A DNA stretch of 64,000 nucleotides from Acidobacteriota bacterium (GTDB lineage: Bacteria > Acidobacteriota > Blastocatellia > Chloracidobacteriales > JADJPF01). A program made the position numbers and the translations under genes. The notes beneath the pieces are model-generated. The model made no database searches. It saw nothing but the letters and a program-made list of their open reading frames with translations, and was not told the DNA's origin. How positions within the stretch are numbered: the stretch's first letter is position 1; each line of letters begins with the position of its first letter. Below, one piece after another: positions 47,564-57,300 of this stretch. The stretch covers positions 57,270 to 121,269 of the forward strand of contig JACQZQ010000108.1 of the NCBI GenBank assembly GCA_016213785.1, in the 5' to 3' direction.

Positions 47564-47770
47564 TTAATCTCGTTCACTAGTTGGTTTGTAGCTAAGTATT
47601 TTCCAGAGCACATAAACAGCAGTCATTACAATTGCCACCATAAAAGCAGTTTGTAGCATTGCTATTATTTTCATTAAAACATCCCAAAATAATACCCAAA
47701 CAAAGCTTAGAAAATAATAACCTGCTACTATTCCAACTACACCTAAAGTAATATTTCTTAAAGCCTTCAT
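47564..47770 (-). CDS. Small two-TM membrane protein (68 aa)
   Basis: AGGAG 5 nt upstream of the ATG. Two hydrophobic helices. Lies 47 nt downstream of the ECF sigma gene. Confidence 0.55.
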   Translation of the reverse strand: MKALRNITLGVVGIVAGYYFLSFVWVLFWDVLMKIIAMLQTAFMVAIVMTAVYVLWKILSYKPTSERD

Positions 47771-47817
47771 AAAGACTCCTATCTATTAAAGTTATATCAG
47801 AGAATTAGATATAATAA

Positions 47818-48384
47818 TTACATTGAAACTTTCATTCGTCTTAAGACTTTAGAGAGTTCAATACGTCCTCGATTAATACGTGATTTAACCGTACCTTCAG
47901 GGATTTGTAATCTATCAACTATTTCTTGATAGCTCATCTCATCAATATCTCTCATAATTACACATTCGCGTAAATCTGGCGAGAGCTTTTCTATAGCAGC
48001 ATGAACTTGAAGAGAGCGTTCTTGTCTTTCAATACGCCGATGTGGGCTTTCAAAGCCTCCGCTTAAATGATGCATATGGTCATCTAAGTCATCACTAGAA
48101 TCTGCTGGTTGACGGCGACGTTTACGGTAATCATCAATAATTAGATTTCGTGCTAAACGCATTAACCAATTTGACAAGTCTCCAAGCTCAGGGTCATATT
48201 GGTCTAAAGACCTATAAATACGGATAAATACTTCTTGTGTAAGGTCTTCGGCAGATTCATGGCGACCTGTAAAACGATATGCTAGCTTATAGACGCTACG
48301 CGAATACTCACGAACAATTTTTTCCCAAGCATCTGAATTTCCATTACGACATTCTGTTATTAGCTCTAAATCCGTCTCTGACAA
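47818..48384 (-). CDS. ECF-type RNA polymerase sigma-70 family factor
   Basis: Region 2 (VYKLAYRFTGRHESAEDLTQEVFIRIY, DPELGDLSNWLMRLARNLIIDDYRKRRR) and region 4 HTH (MSYQEIVDRLQIPEGTVKSRINRGR). 188 aa. Confidence 0.9.
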   Translation of the reverse strand: MSETDLELITECRNGNSDAWEKIVREYSRSVYKLAYRFTGRHESAEDLTQEVFIRIYRSLDQYDPELGDLSNWLMRLARNLIIDDYRKRRRQPADSSDDLDDHMHHLSGGFESPHRRIERQERSLQVHAAIEKLSPDLRECVIMRDIDEMSYQEIVDRLQIPEGTVKSRINRGRIELSKVLRRMKVSM

Positions 48385-48469
48385 GATAGCCTTATCCCCA
48401 AAGGTAAAAGAATGAGAGGTTGTGTTTTTACCTTTTATCTGATGTATATTCTAGTGCTACTGGTGCTAA

Positions 48470-48497
48470 TTGACGCTTTGTGTAAGCGTGTGTTTCA
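48470..48497 (-). promoter_or_regulatory. Candidate ECF-type (autoregulated) promoter upstream of the sigma gene
   Basis: Minus strand: TGAAAC (48497-48492), 16 nt, CGTCAA (48475-48470), resembling the GAAC-N16-CGTC ECF consensus. It lies 86 nt upstream of the ATG. Pattern match only. Confidence 0.3.
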
Positions 48498-48639
48498 ATT
48501 ACAAAAAGTTTAAATAATTTCTTAGAAAGCATTGTAACGAGTAGCACCAAAAACTAGCAAGAGAAACTAAGCATAAATAGCTTTTAATTCTCCTGAGTTT
48601 CACTTTAACAATGCTTAACTTTTTGTAAAACAATATTTT

Positions 48640-49485
48640 ATGTCATTTATTGATCTTAGTTCTAGTAAAATTTATTATCAGTTAATTGGCGAAGGAACAC
48701 CAGTAGTTTTTATCAGCGGTTGGACACTTTCGTGTGACTATTGGTTGCCATTGGTAGAAAAACTTAAAAAGAAACATAGCTGCCTTCTTTATGACGCTCG
48801 TGGTTTTGGCCGCTCACAACCTCTAGCAACCGAATCTGGAGTTGAAATAGATGATCATAGCGAAGATTTACATGAACTAATTACCTTACTTAAGCTTAAG
48901 GATGTAAACTTAGTAGGACATGGCTTAGGTGTTTGGACTTCGGTGCTTTGCGCTAGGCGACACCCTCAGGATGTACTTACCCTAACTGCTCTTGCTCCAG
49001 AAAGCGAAGTCTCAGAAAAAGATTCTAAATCAGTAGAGTTACCTTCTTTTTGGCAACAGGCCAGTATTTTACTTAAAGACCTTGCTAAAGTACCAATGAT
49101 AGGTAATCTAGTAGCATGGCGTTATCATAATGCCCCTGAACCCTATAGGACTAATCTTTACCAAGATTTTGCTAATGCTGATCGTCGTGCAGCATTCCAT
49201 CTTTTAGCAAGCTGTATGGGAAATGATGCTAAACACCGTTTTCAACAAGCACTTTCAGAATTATATATACCTACTTTATTAGTAAGAGGAACTGAAGACC
49301 GTATTTGTTCAGCACAGTTATTAAGAACTTTATTTGAAATTATTAAAATTGGTAAACTTGCAACTGTTAGAGGCTGTGATCATTTTCCAATGCTTGAATA
49401 TACAGATGAATTTGCTAGTTTATTACTTAGTTTTTTTGAACAGAACTCTAGTCCAAGACCAAATAATGCTTTAACTCGACGTTAG
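48640..49485 (+). CDS. Alpha/beta-hydrolase-fold protein with the nucleophile Ser replaced (GHGLG)
   Basis: VVFISGW, ARGFGRS, LVGHGLGVW at the nucleophile elbow, GTEDRI (Asp), CDHFPMLE (His). 281 aa. Confidence 0.75.
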   Translation: MSFIDLSSSKIYYQLIGEGTPVVFISGWTLSCDYWLPLVEKLKKKHSCLLYDARGFGRSQPLATESGVEIDDHSEDLHELITLLKLKDVNLVGHGLGVWTSVLCARRHPQDVLTLTALAPESEVSEKDSKSVELPSFWQQASILLKDLAKVPMIGNLVAWRYHNAPEPYRTNLYQDFANADRRAAFHLLASCMGNDAKHRFQQALSELYIPTLLVRGTEDRICSAQLLRTLFEIIKIGKLATVRGCDHFPMLEYTDEFASLLLSFFEQNSSPRPNNALTRR

Positions 49486-49519
49486 TTTATTAATCTGTTA
49501 ATTTGTTGATTTATTTACT

Positions 49520-49945
49520 ATGTATAAATTTAATAGCTCCTTTTTTAACAAAAATAAATTACCTTGGGCGGTTTTTATTTTTTTTGGAGCAATTTTAATA
49601 ATTAGCTATTTTTACCAAGCTGAGCCAAACCCTAAAGTTTCTTTATGTATATTTTATAATTTAACTAATTTACCTTGTCCTGGATGTGGGCTTACACGCT
49701 CGTTTTGTTCTTTTGCAAAAGGTGATTTACTAGCATCATTTCATTTTCATTGGCTGGGGCCAATAATGTTTTTAACAACATTTTTTGTTTGGCTAGCTTC
49801 GCTCTTAACAGTTTTTGGAATTACAAAACCCTTTGAATTTTTTAAACTTCTATCAACTAATGAGTTATTTATTAAAACCGCTATTCTAGCTTTAGGTATC
49901 TGTTGGTTAATACGCCTTAGTTTTATTTTCTTTCTGAAAACTTAA
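49520..49945 (+). CDS. DUF2752-family membrane protein
   Basis: CPGCGLTRSFC motif between TM helices. 141 aa. The 3' end overlaps convergent coaE by 23 nt. Confidence 0.7.
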   Translation: MYKFNSSFFNKNKLPWAVFIFFGAILIISYFYQAEPNPKVSLCIFYNLTNLPCPGCGLTRSFCSFAKGDLLASFHFHWLGPIMFLTTFFVWLASLLTVFGITKPFEFFKLLSTNELFIKTAILALGICWLIRLSFIFFLKT

Positions 49946-50540
49946 GCGTTTTTAGCTCTTGATAAACTTCTCTAACCCTTTTTTCAGTCTCTTCAAAGTT
50001 ACCTGAAGTATCAATTTCAATATCAGCATAGCGGCGTTTTTCTTCTGTAGGCATTTGAGCATTAATCCTTGCTTGTGCTTGTTCAAGAGAAAAATTATTT
50101 CTTTTTATAACTCTTTCTATTTGTGTATCTTTATCACAAAAAACTACTATAAGTTTGTCAAAACGTTTATAGCTACCAGATTCAATCATTAAAGCAGCAT
50201 CCATTATCACTATAGCCTTAGGATCTTTAGCTAAAACCTCTAACATTAATTTATTTTGTTCATCAATAATAATTGGGTGAAGTAATTGATTTAATTTTTC
50301 TCTTTTCTCTTTATTATTAAAAACAATTTGTCCTAACTTAGCGCGATCTATAGTTTTATCAGGCGCAAGAACTTCATCTCCAAACTCTGTAACTACTTTT
50401 TCATAGCCAAGATTACCAGGATTAACCACATCACGTGCTACTTGATCAGCATCAAAAACATAGCAACCTAAGTTTGCAAATATTTTACAAACATAGCTTT
50501 TACCTACGCCTATTCCACCTGTTAATCCGACTTTTAGCAT
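49923..50540 (-). CDS. coaE: Dephospho-CoA kinase
   Basis: MLKVGLTGGIGVGKS P-loop at the extreme N-terminus, FDADQVARDV, IVVFCD. 205 aa. Confidence 0.9.
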   Translation of the reverse strand: MLKVGLTGGIGVGKSYVCKIFANLGCYVFDADQVARDVVNPGNLGYEKVVTEFGDEVLAPDKTIDRAKLGQIVFNNKEKREKLNQLLHPIIIDEQNKLMLEVLAKDPKAIVIMDAALMIESGSYKRFDKLIVVFCDKDTQIERVIKRNNFSLEQAQARINAQMPTEEKRRYADIEIDTSGNFEETEKRVREVYQELKTLKFSERK

Positions 50541-50556
50541 ATGTTTTCCTAAAAAA

Positions 50557-51477
50557 TTATAGCCCTCGACGTAGTTTTGCGGCCTTCAAAGTATTTTTCA
50601 TTAGCATAGCAATAGTAAGTGGGCCAACTCCGCCTGGAACAGGGGTAAGATAGCCTGCAACTGTATCACAAACTGGCTCAACATCCCCTATTAATGTATA
50701 GCCTTTTTTTTCTAGCTCTTCTAAACGCTTAGTATAATCAGGAAAATAGCGTAAGACTTCTGTTTCCTCACTAAGTTTATTAATCCCTACATCAATTACA
50801 ATTGCGCCAGGTTTAATATCTTCAGTAGTAACAAAAGCAGTACGGCCAATAGCAGCAATAATAATATCCGCTTCTTTAGTAATTTCTCTTAGTTTTTGAG
50901 TTTTTGAGTGGCAAATTGTAACAGTAGCATCAGAGTGTGTTAGTAGAAGTGCCATAGGAAGCCCAACAATTCGACTACGACCTAGAACTACTGCGTGTTT
51001 ACCTGCTACAGCTAAGCCATATCGCTTAAAGAGTTCCATAATACCAGCAGGAGTACATGCAACAAAACCATTTTGTTTTAAGGCTAGTTTTCCAACATTT
51101 TCAGGATGAAATCCATCAACATCTTTACTTGGAGAAATAGCTGAAAAGATTTTGTCAGCATCAATTTGTTTAGGCAAAGGCATTTGTACCAAAATCCCAT
51201 CTATTGAGTCTTGTTCATTAAGTTTATTAACTAGAGCTAAAAGCTCTTCTGTTGTAGTAGACTCAGCTAAAGTATGTTTTTCTGAATAAAGCCCAAGACT
51301 TTCACAGGTTTTTACTTTACTTCCAACATAAACTTGAGAAGCAGGATCATTTCCAACAATAACTGCGGCTAGCCCTGGCTTTATTTCTTTAGTTTCAAAT
51401 AAAATTTTTACTTCTTTCTCAACTTCTGCTTTGATTTCTTTAGAAATCTTAAGCCCATCTAATAGCTTAGCTGACAT
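50557..51477 (-). CDS. folD: Bifunctional methylenetetrahydrofolate dehydrogenase / methenyl-THF cyclohydrolase
   Basis: I trimmed the track ORF (TTG 51489) to ATG 51477 (MSAKLLDG), with GGGAG upstream. Family motifs LAAVIVGNDPASQVYV, ILVQMPLP, DVDGFHP, VVLGRSRIVGLPMA, TPVPGGVGP. Confidence 0.93.
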   Translation of the reverse strand: MSAKLLDGLKISKEIKAEVEKEVKILFETKEIKPGLAAVIVGNDPASQVYVGSKVKTCESLGLYSEKHTLAESTTTEELLALVNKLNEQDSIDGILVQMPLPKQIDADKIFSAISPSKDVDGFHPENVGKLALKQNGFVACTPAGIMELFKRYGLAVAGKHAVVLGRSRIVGLPMALLLTHSDATVTICHSKTQKLREITKEADIIIAAIGRTAFVTTEDIKPGAIVIDVGINKLSEETEVLRYFPDYTKRLEELEKKGYTLIGDVEPVCDTVAGYLTPVPGGVGPLTIAMLMKNTLKAAKLRRGL

Positions 51478-51496
51478 AAAATCTCCCAAAAATTTT

Positions 51497-51558
51497 AGTC
51501 AAAGACATAGCTTTGACTTTATCAGTAGATCAGTAGAGTCAAAGACATAGTTTTGACT
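51497..51558 (-). repeat. Duplicated 22-bp hairpin element flanking an 8-bp tandem repeat, in the FHA-gene/folD intergenic region
   Basis: AGTCAAAGACATAGCTTTGACT (51497-51518) and AGTCAAAGACATAGTTTTGACT (51537-51558). Each is an 8-bp stem (AGTCAAAG/CTTTGACT) with a 6-nt loop. Between them lies ATCAGTAG x2 (51521-51536). Confidence 0.85.
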
Positions 51559-52911
51559 CTACACTTCCCTAATTTGGTTTGTATCTAAAAATTCTTTTAT
51601 TAAAAAATATGTTGTGTAATAACAACAAGGTAGAGCGTCAACTAGTTCGATTATTGATACAGGACGTTCTAAGAGCAGCCTATACATTGCATCTACTGCT
51701 AGTGACAAATTTAGGTTGCTAACATTAAGAGTAGGTCTATTTAATTCAAAAGCAGTAGTCTGTTCAGGTAACATATCGCGTAATTTATTTAGCTCATCTT
51801 GTAGACGCACAGCTTCCATTACTAAATTCATTGATGGCCGCCAAATCATTTCACCCTCAGGACGTGATTCCATTCCAACACCTTGTTCAAAGGAAAACGA
51901 ACCATTTAACTCTACTTGAAAAAGTTGATAGAAAGCCTCTTCTCCTGAAAGTTGTCCTGACCAAGCATAACGCACTTGACCTTCTTGTAAGTAAACTTGC
52001 CCTATAGGATAAGCACCTACAGAAGTACTCCAGGCCATTGAACGAATTAAACCACGACCAACAGAATAAATAGTTAAAAGCCCTGATTCTTTTGAATTTA
52101 TCAAAGTTTGAATTACTGTGGCTAAATCAAAATAAAATAAACTTCCTTGTAATTTATTTTTTGTTTGTAAAGAAAGTTTTTTATAACTTCGGTTAAGATA
52201 TTTAGCAAAAGTAATAACCATATGTTCAGCAAAATCAGGATTACTACGTACCATTTCTTTTAATTTTTCTGCTGAAATTTGAAAAATTTCAGCACCTTCT
52301 GGAACACGCGCTTCTGAAATATGAGGCTCGCCAATTAAAGCGGTAGTTTCTCCTAATGCTTGCCCTGGGCCTATGTAATTAACTGCTATTTGTTTTCCAT
52401 CTTCTTTGGGTGAGCGTAGTTCAACAATCCCATTACGTATTACATAAAGCTTACTAGAGGGTTCGCCTACACGAAATAATGTACTTGAAGCAGGATAGCT
52501 TTCTATTTGCCCACGTCTAAAGACTCTTTGGAGTAGTTCTAAAGAAAGCTCTCTAAAGATTGGTGTAGTGCGAAGAAACTCTATTTCTTCGTCTAAAGAC
52601 TCAACAAAATTAACTTGGAAAGATATACCATTTAACCCAAAACTAACTTGATCTCCTTCTGAAAGGACTTTTTCGCTAACAGGCTCGCCATTTACAAAAG
52701 TACCATTCCGACTACTTAAATCATATATAGTAAAATTGCCATCATTTAGGTGAAATTCTGCATGCATACGTGACGCTAGGCGATGTAGCCCTTGCTCATC
52801 TTGTAAAAGTAGATCGCTAGAAATGGCACGACCTACTTTAATTACTGGTAGAGAAAACTCTTCTACTGAGCCTCTCATACTACCAGTAAGATGTGTAAAG
52901 CGTACTCTCAT
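51559..52911 (-). CDS. FHA domain + cyclic-nucleotide-binding domain + DUF4388 (PatA-like) protein
   Basis: FHA: KVGRAISSDLLL...RMHAEF...IYDLSSRNGTFVNGEPV. cNMP-binding: LFRVGEPSSKLYVIRNGIVEL...GPGQALGETTAL. DUF4388-like: GSLFYFDLATVIQTLINSKESGLLTI. Confidence 0.8.
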   Translation of the reverse strand: MRVRFTHLTGSMRGSVEEFSLPVIKVGRAISSDLLLQDEQGLHRLASRMHAEFHLNDGNFTIYDLSSRNGTFVNGEPVSEKVLSEGDQVSFGLNGISFQVNFVESLDEEIEFLRTTPIFRELSLELLQRVFRRGQIESYPASSTLFRVGEPSSKLYVIRNGIVELRSPKEDGKQIAVNYIGPGQALGETTALIGEPHISEARVPEGAEIFQISAEKLKEMVRSNPDFAEHMVITFAKYLNRSYKKLSLQTKNKLQGSLFYFDLATVIQTLINSKESGLLTIYSVGRGLIRSMAWSTSVGAYPIGQVYLQEGQVRYAWSGQLSGEEAFYQLFQVELNGSFSFEQGVGMESRPEGEMIWRPSMNLVMEAVRLQDELNKLRDMLPEQTTAFELNRPTLNVSNLNLSLAVDAMYRLLLERPVSIIELVDALPCCYYTTYFLIKEFLDTNQIREV

Positions 52912-52991
52912 AATCTTTCCTAAATGTAAGTAAAACTTTTGCTTTCTTAAGTGTTTATGATAGTTTAGCTTTCTAAGACTAAAGTTAAAGT

Positions 52992-54146
52992 TTAAGCATA
53001 AACGCCTATAAGAGTGCTTTCTGGACGAGGTTGGCGTGTTTTTTTACTTACTAAAGCTTGATCTGCTGCTTGATCAACTTCTAGTATCACTTTTTCCTCA
53101 ATAGATTCCAAGACATTTTGATTAATTTCTTTTAACTTTTTCTTACTATAAGAAACTTTATCTTGTGCTAAATTCCTCCCACATTCAATTAGGTAAGTTT
53201 CGTAGCAACCTATTGGGTCACGCTTGCCCCAATAATCAAAAAGCTCTTTAGAAAAAGTATTTCTTGCTTCTAGCTCATCGTGTGTTGCATGGCCTCCCAT
53301 TCTAAAAGTCTCTGCTATTAATAAAACTGGGCCGCGACCACTTCGTGCTTTTTCTACAGCTAATTTTGTAGCAGCATATGCATCTAGTACATTGTTACCA
53401 TCAAAAGCGCCTCCAGCAATTCCATAGCAATCAGGCCAATCTTTAAAATCCCCTAAGTGATGTTGCTCTAGACGTGTTCCTAGGGCTACTTGGTTATTTT
53501 GAATTATAACTACTAAAGGAAGATGTTGGACTCCTGCAAAGTTGATCGCTTCATGAAAAACGCCTGCTTTAGTTGACCCGTCTCCTATCCAAGTTAGTAC
53601 AACTCTAGGTTGTTTACGTAGCTTAAAATTAAGTGCTACTCCCCCACAAACCGCTACAATATCGCCTACATGGCTAATTGGAGCCATTACACCATCTGTT
53701 AAACTACCAATATGTAAATCTCTGCCTTGAGTTGGAGAATCTTCCGTAGCTAAATAACCGCGAAACATTGCTTCTAAGCTCATTCCCATTTCATGGCATG
53801 CGCCAGCATTACGAATCATTGGTGCTGTAAAATCTGTGCGATTACCATCTTTATAAATACTTCTATCTAAAGCATGTACACTACCAATTGTAGCGGCTTC
53901 TTCTCCTGTCCCAAGCCAAGCTTTAGAAATAACACCTAGTTTTACCCAACGTTTTAAGGCAATATCATGTAAGCGATTACGTAGCATGCCTTCATATAAT
54001 GAGAGCAGAGTATTAACATCTAATTTTTCAATAATGTTTCTACGTTCAGGATCAGTTATTAGATTATCGCGATAAGCTTTCATCACACTTTGGTCTGTTT
54101 TCCAATTAACATATTCTGGTGGATCATAAGCTGGATAGCGTTTCAT
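52992..54146 (-). CDS. Thiamine-diphosphate-dependent 2-oxoacid dehydrogenase E1 component, alpha subunit
   Basis: I trimmed the track ORF (TTG 54275) to ATG 54146 (MKRYPAYDPPEY), with GAGG 8 nt upstream. TPP-binding GDG...NN motif: WIGDGSTKAGVFHEAINFAGVQHLPLVVIIQNNQVALGT. FRMGGHATHD. Confidence 0.85.
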   Translation of the reverse strand: MKRYPAYDPPEYVNWKTDQSVMKAYRDNLITDPERRNIIEKLDVNTLLSLYEGMLRNRLHDIALKRWVKLGVISKAWLGTGEEAATIGSVHALDRSIYKDGNRTDFTAPMIRNAGACHEMGMSLEAMFRGYLATEDSPTQGRDLHIGSLTDGVMAPISHVGDIVAVCGGVALNFKLRKQPRVVLTWIGDGSTKAGVFHEAINFAGVQHLPLVVIIQNNQVALGTRLEQHHLGDFKDWPDCYGIAGGAFDGNNVLDAYAATKLAVEKARSGRGPVLLIAETFRMGGHATHDELEARNTFSKELFDYWGKRDPIGCYETYLIECGRNLAQDKVSYSKKKLKEINQNVLESIEEKVILEVDQAADQALVSKKTRQPRPESTLIGVYA

Positions 54147-54320
54147 TAAATAAACCTCGCAAGTTATTTGTAAATAAAAGTAGACTCTTAAAAGGCTGTC
54201 TATTTGTTTATGGTAAGGCGACAATTTTAGCAGAAACCAATATTTACTAATAATAACAAGTGCAGAAGTAAGCAAACTTTCCTACTTTGTTATGATCAGC
54301 TTAAAGAATTAGGCTATAAT

Positions 54321-54348
54321 TTGGCTAATTTTAACTCTTGAGTATAAT
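54321..54348 (+). promoter_or_regulatory. Candidate sigma-70 promoter placing the TSS at or next to the ATG of the 1050-aa ORF (leaderless mRNA?)
   Basis: TTGGCT (54321-54326), 16 nt, TATAAT (54343-54348), then only 7 nt to ATG 54356. No Shine-Dalgarno sequence. Pattern match only. Confidence 0.35.
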
Positions 54349-54355
54349 TTAACTT

Positions 54356-57300
54356 ATGACAACAAACGATAATGATGCATTTTTTCTTTTTGATTTAGAT
54401 ACAGGGCGAACAGCTAATGTGCCTTCTCAGCAGCTTGAATGGGCAAATCGCGTTTTTGCTGAACCTGTTCAAACAGCTAGCCTATTAAACTTATCTGCAC
54501 TAGAACTACCTCAAATTGATATACCAACAGAAGCATCTCTTTATACTCAACTACAAAACCGTGATAGTGAAATAGGCGTAATGCTCTTAGAACTACGTAA
54601 AAATGACCTTCGTGAAGCACTACAAACAATCCGTGAAGCTTTAATAAAAAGAGAAAGGGATTGTTCTGTTGGTCGCAATCGACTAGAAGCACTAGAAAAA
54701 ATCAACGCCTCTGAGCCTAACCCACAGCTACGTTACCCTCAACAAACCTTTGATGATATTAAAGCCCAAATAGCTACTGATAAAAAAGAAATGGCTTATT
54801 TACAACAATGGAATGCTTCATTATCAGCCCTAGAACATACACTTAAGGTTTTTGATGAGAATAGTAATAGAGCCTCAAGAGTTAATGAACAACTAGTACG
54901 CCTTATAGGTCAAGGTTTTAGAGGTCAAGCTCGCTTACGTGCTTTTGCTGGACATTTTCGTGATGCTAGCAAAAAGCGTCTTCCTTCTCTTAAAAATTAC
55001 TCGCATGGTAAAGATTTTAGCGGTTATTTACTCTCAGTAGGTGAAAACATTTCCCCAATAGCAATTGATGCTAGAACAGGGGCTTATTTACGCCATTTAT
55101 TAGAAACAATAAGCCTACTAGCTGAGCTATCCACAGAATTTTTACGTAATTGCACGAGTATTCCTGTAGGACATTGGAAACCTTTGCTTTCACTTGTAAG
55201 GGCTATTGTAGAGTTTTTCTATATTTGCAATTTTGAGTTACCTCATTTTTATATTAATTTAGCAGTAGATGCACAAGACCCTAATAAAATCTGGCATTTT
55301 GATTCAGCAGATAATCAATGGAAAGATGGTAAAGATGATCCTACTAGTAATAAATATCTTAAACGTCTTGGTGTTGAAACAGCATTATTACTAGCTGATA
55401 ATAGCGCACTGCTTAAATGCCGTTCTGCTGATGAGCTTAATCGTTTCTTAAAAATAGCCGCTCCTTCTAATTCAAATGCGCCTGAAACAATAAATTTATG
55501 TCCTTATCGTAGCTGTGGACTAGCTGAGTATGATGATAATAACCAGAAATTAAAAGTAACTACTGCATTTAATACAATAGGAGTACTACTAGAACAATTA
55601 ATTAAAGATAATCCTTCTTGCTTACGTATTGCTAGTAGCCCATTAGGTAATACTCTAAATACTTTGGTTGGAATGGCAGAACTTGACCCACAAGCTTTTG
55701 GTTTAGATAGTAATTTAGCTGTATTAAAAGAATCTGAAAGATTTAGGTTATTATCAGACTTTTGGAAAATAATAGGTCGTTGGCGAGCAATAGCAATGCT
55801 TGGAGATGATTATGCTAAAAGGGTAACTAAAGGGATGGAGGCAATTGGACAGCCTGGGCCAGAGCATCCTACATTTTTAAGCGTAGTATTAAAACCTACA
55901 ATGGTTAAAATGGCTGTAGATGAAGGAGACGAGCTAATTGACCCTTTTAGTGCTTTAATGTTAGCCGATCAAGTAAGACTCTTAGAAATGCTTAATATTT
56001 CTTGGACAATAGCAGAAGATTTTCTAGATAGATTAAAAGATGTTCATTCCTTAGGTAAACTTAAGCGTATAGTTGAAGGGCTTCCACAATTAGGAGCAAC
56101 GGCTCAAGGCTCATTACAAAAGCGTTTTAATCCTAAATGGATGCAAGCAAGTAGCTGGATTTGGTCGGTTTTACGAAGTTGTGCGCCTTCTTTATGGGAT
56201 TTTTGGTCAAAAATTAATAGTGAGCAGCTATGGGATGAATATGCTAACGCACCTACAATGCAGGCTTTTACCAAACTACTTCGTTTATTTTGTGAAATAG
56301 GTCGTTTAGTTTTGCTTATTGAAGCTAGCGGATCAGGGATTGCAGAAAGATTGCAATTTACTGTGGATAAAGCTAGTCAAGGTATTTTATCAGGGGTTCA
56401 AGCTTATCTTGAAGGCAGTTCAATGCCTGTTCCTTTAGCAGAAGTGGTTAATTATTACTATGACCCAGAGATTAAATTTGATACTTCTATTGCTTTTGTT
56501 AGTAGTTTTCATAACTACTTAAAGCAATTAACAATAGACTTAAAAGCAATTAACGCTACCGAGTCTCATGTTAAAGGAGTAATAGCAATACTTCGTCAGC
56601 TAGATTTGCTTTATCCTCCTAGTGTTATAGTAAAAGAGACTCCTGAACCAGAAGTTTTAGTTACTCCACCATCTATTAGTAATCCTGAGCTAGTAGGAGC
56701 AATTACAGAGAAAGATGCAGAGCTTTTTTCTAGAGTCTTCTTTGACTTGTTAGGTCAAACTGAACAAGACACAAATTGTTTTCTAAAAATTCTTTCTATG
56801 CTAGCTCGTAAAGAGACTTTAGATTTTATTTATACTTCTGATCGTATTCAGGAAACAATTAAAATAATACTACCAAAACCTGAGCAAAAAGTACTTTTGC
56901 TTTCTTTTCCTAATACAACAAAAAATTTCTTTACTTATTTACAATCAATAGATTCAAGTAAAGGAAAAATAGATCAAGAGCAATGGGATACGCTAAAGAA
57001 TCGTGCTGGAGAATATTTTGAGCAATTAAAAGAGTTTGTAGAATCACTATCAAACTTAACTAATCATTTACCTAGAATACTTCCATTAGACAAAGAGGTT
57101 CTTAATAATTTTATTAAAGCTACAGCACCAGCCAATAGAGATTTGCCATTTTTAATGCTATTTGCTTGTGATCATTTAATTATGGACATTTGTACAAATA
57201 ATGCTGAACGACTTTATCAAATGGAGAGCGCACTAGGAAAACTTAGGGCTTATTTAAGAGAACAAATGGGAGCAGAATTTCAAGAACCTTCTATAGAGCT

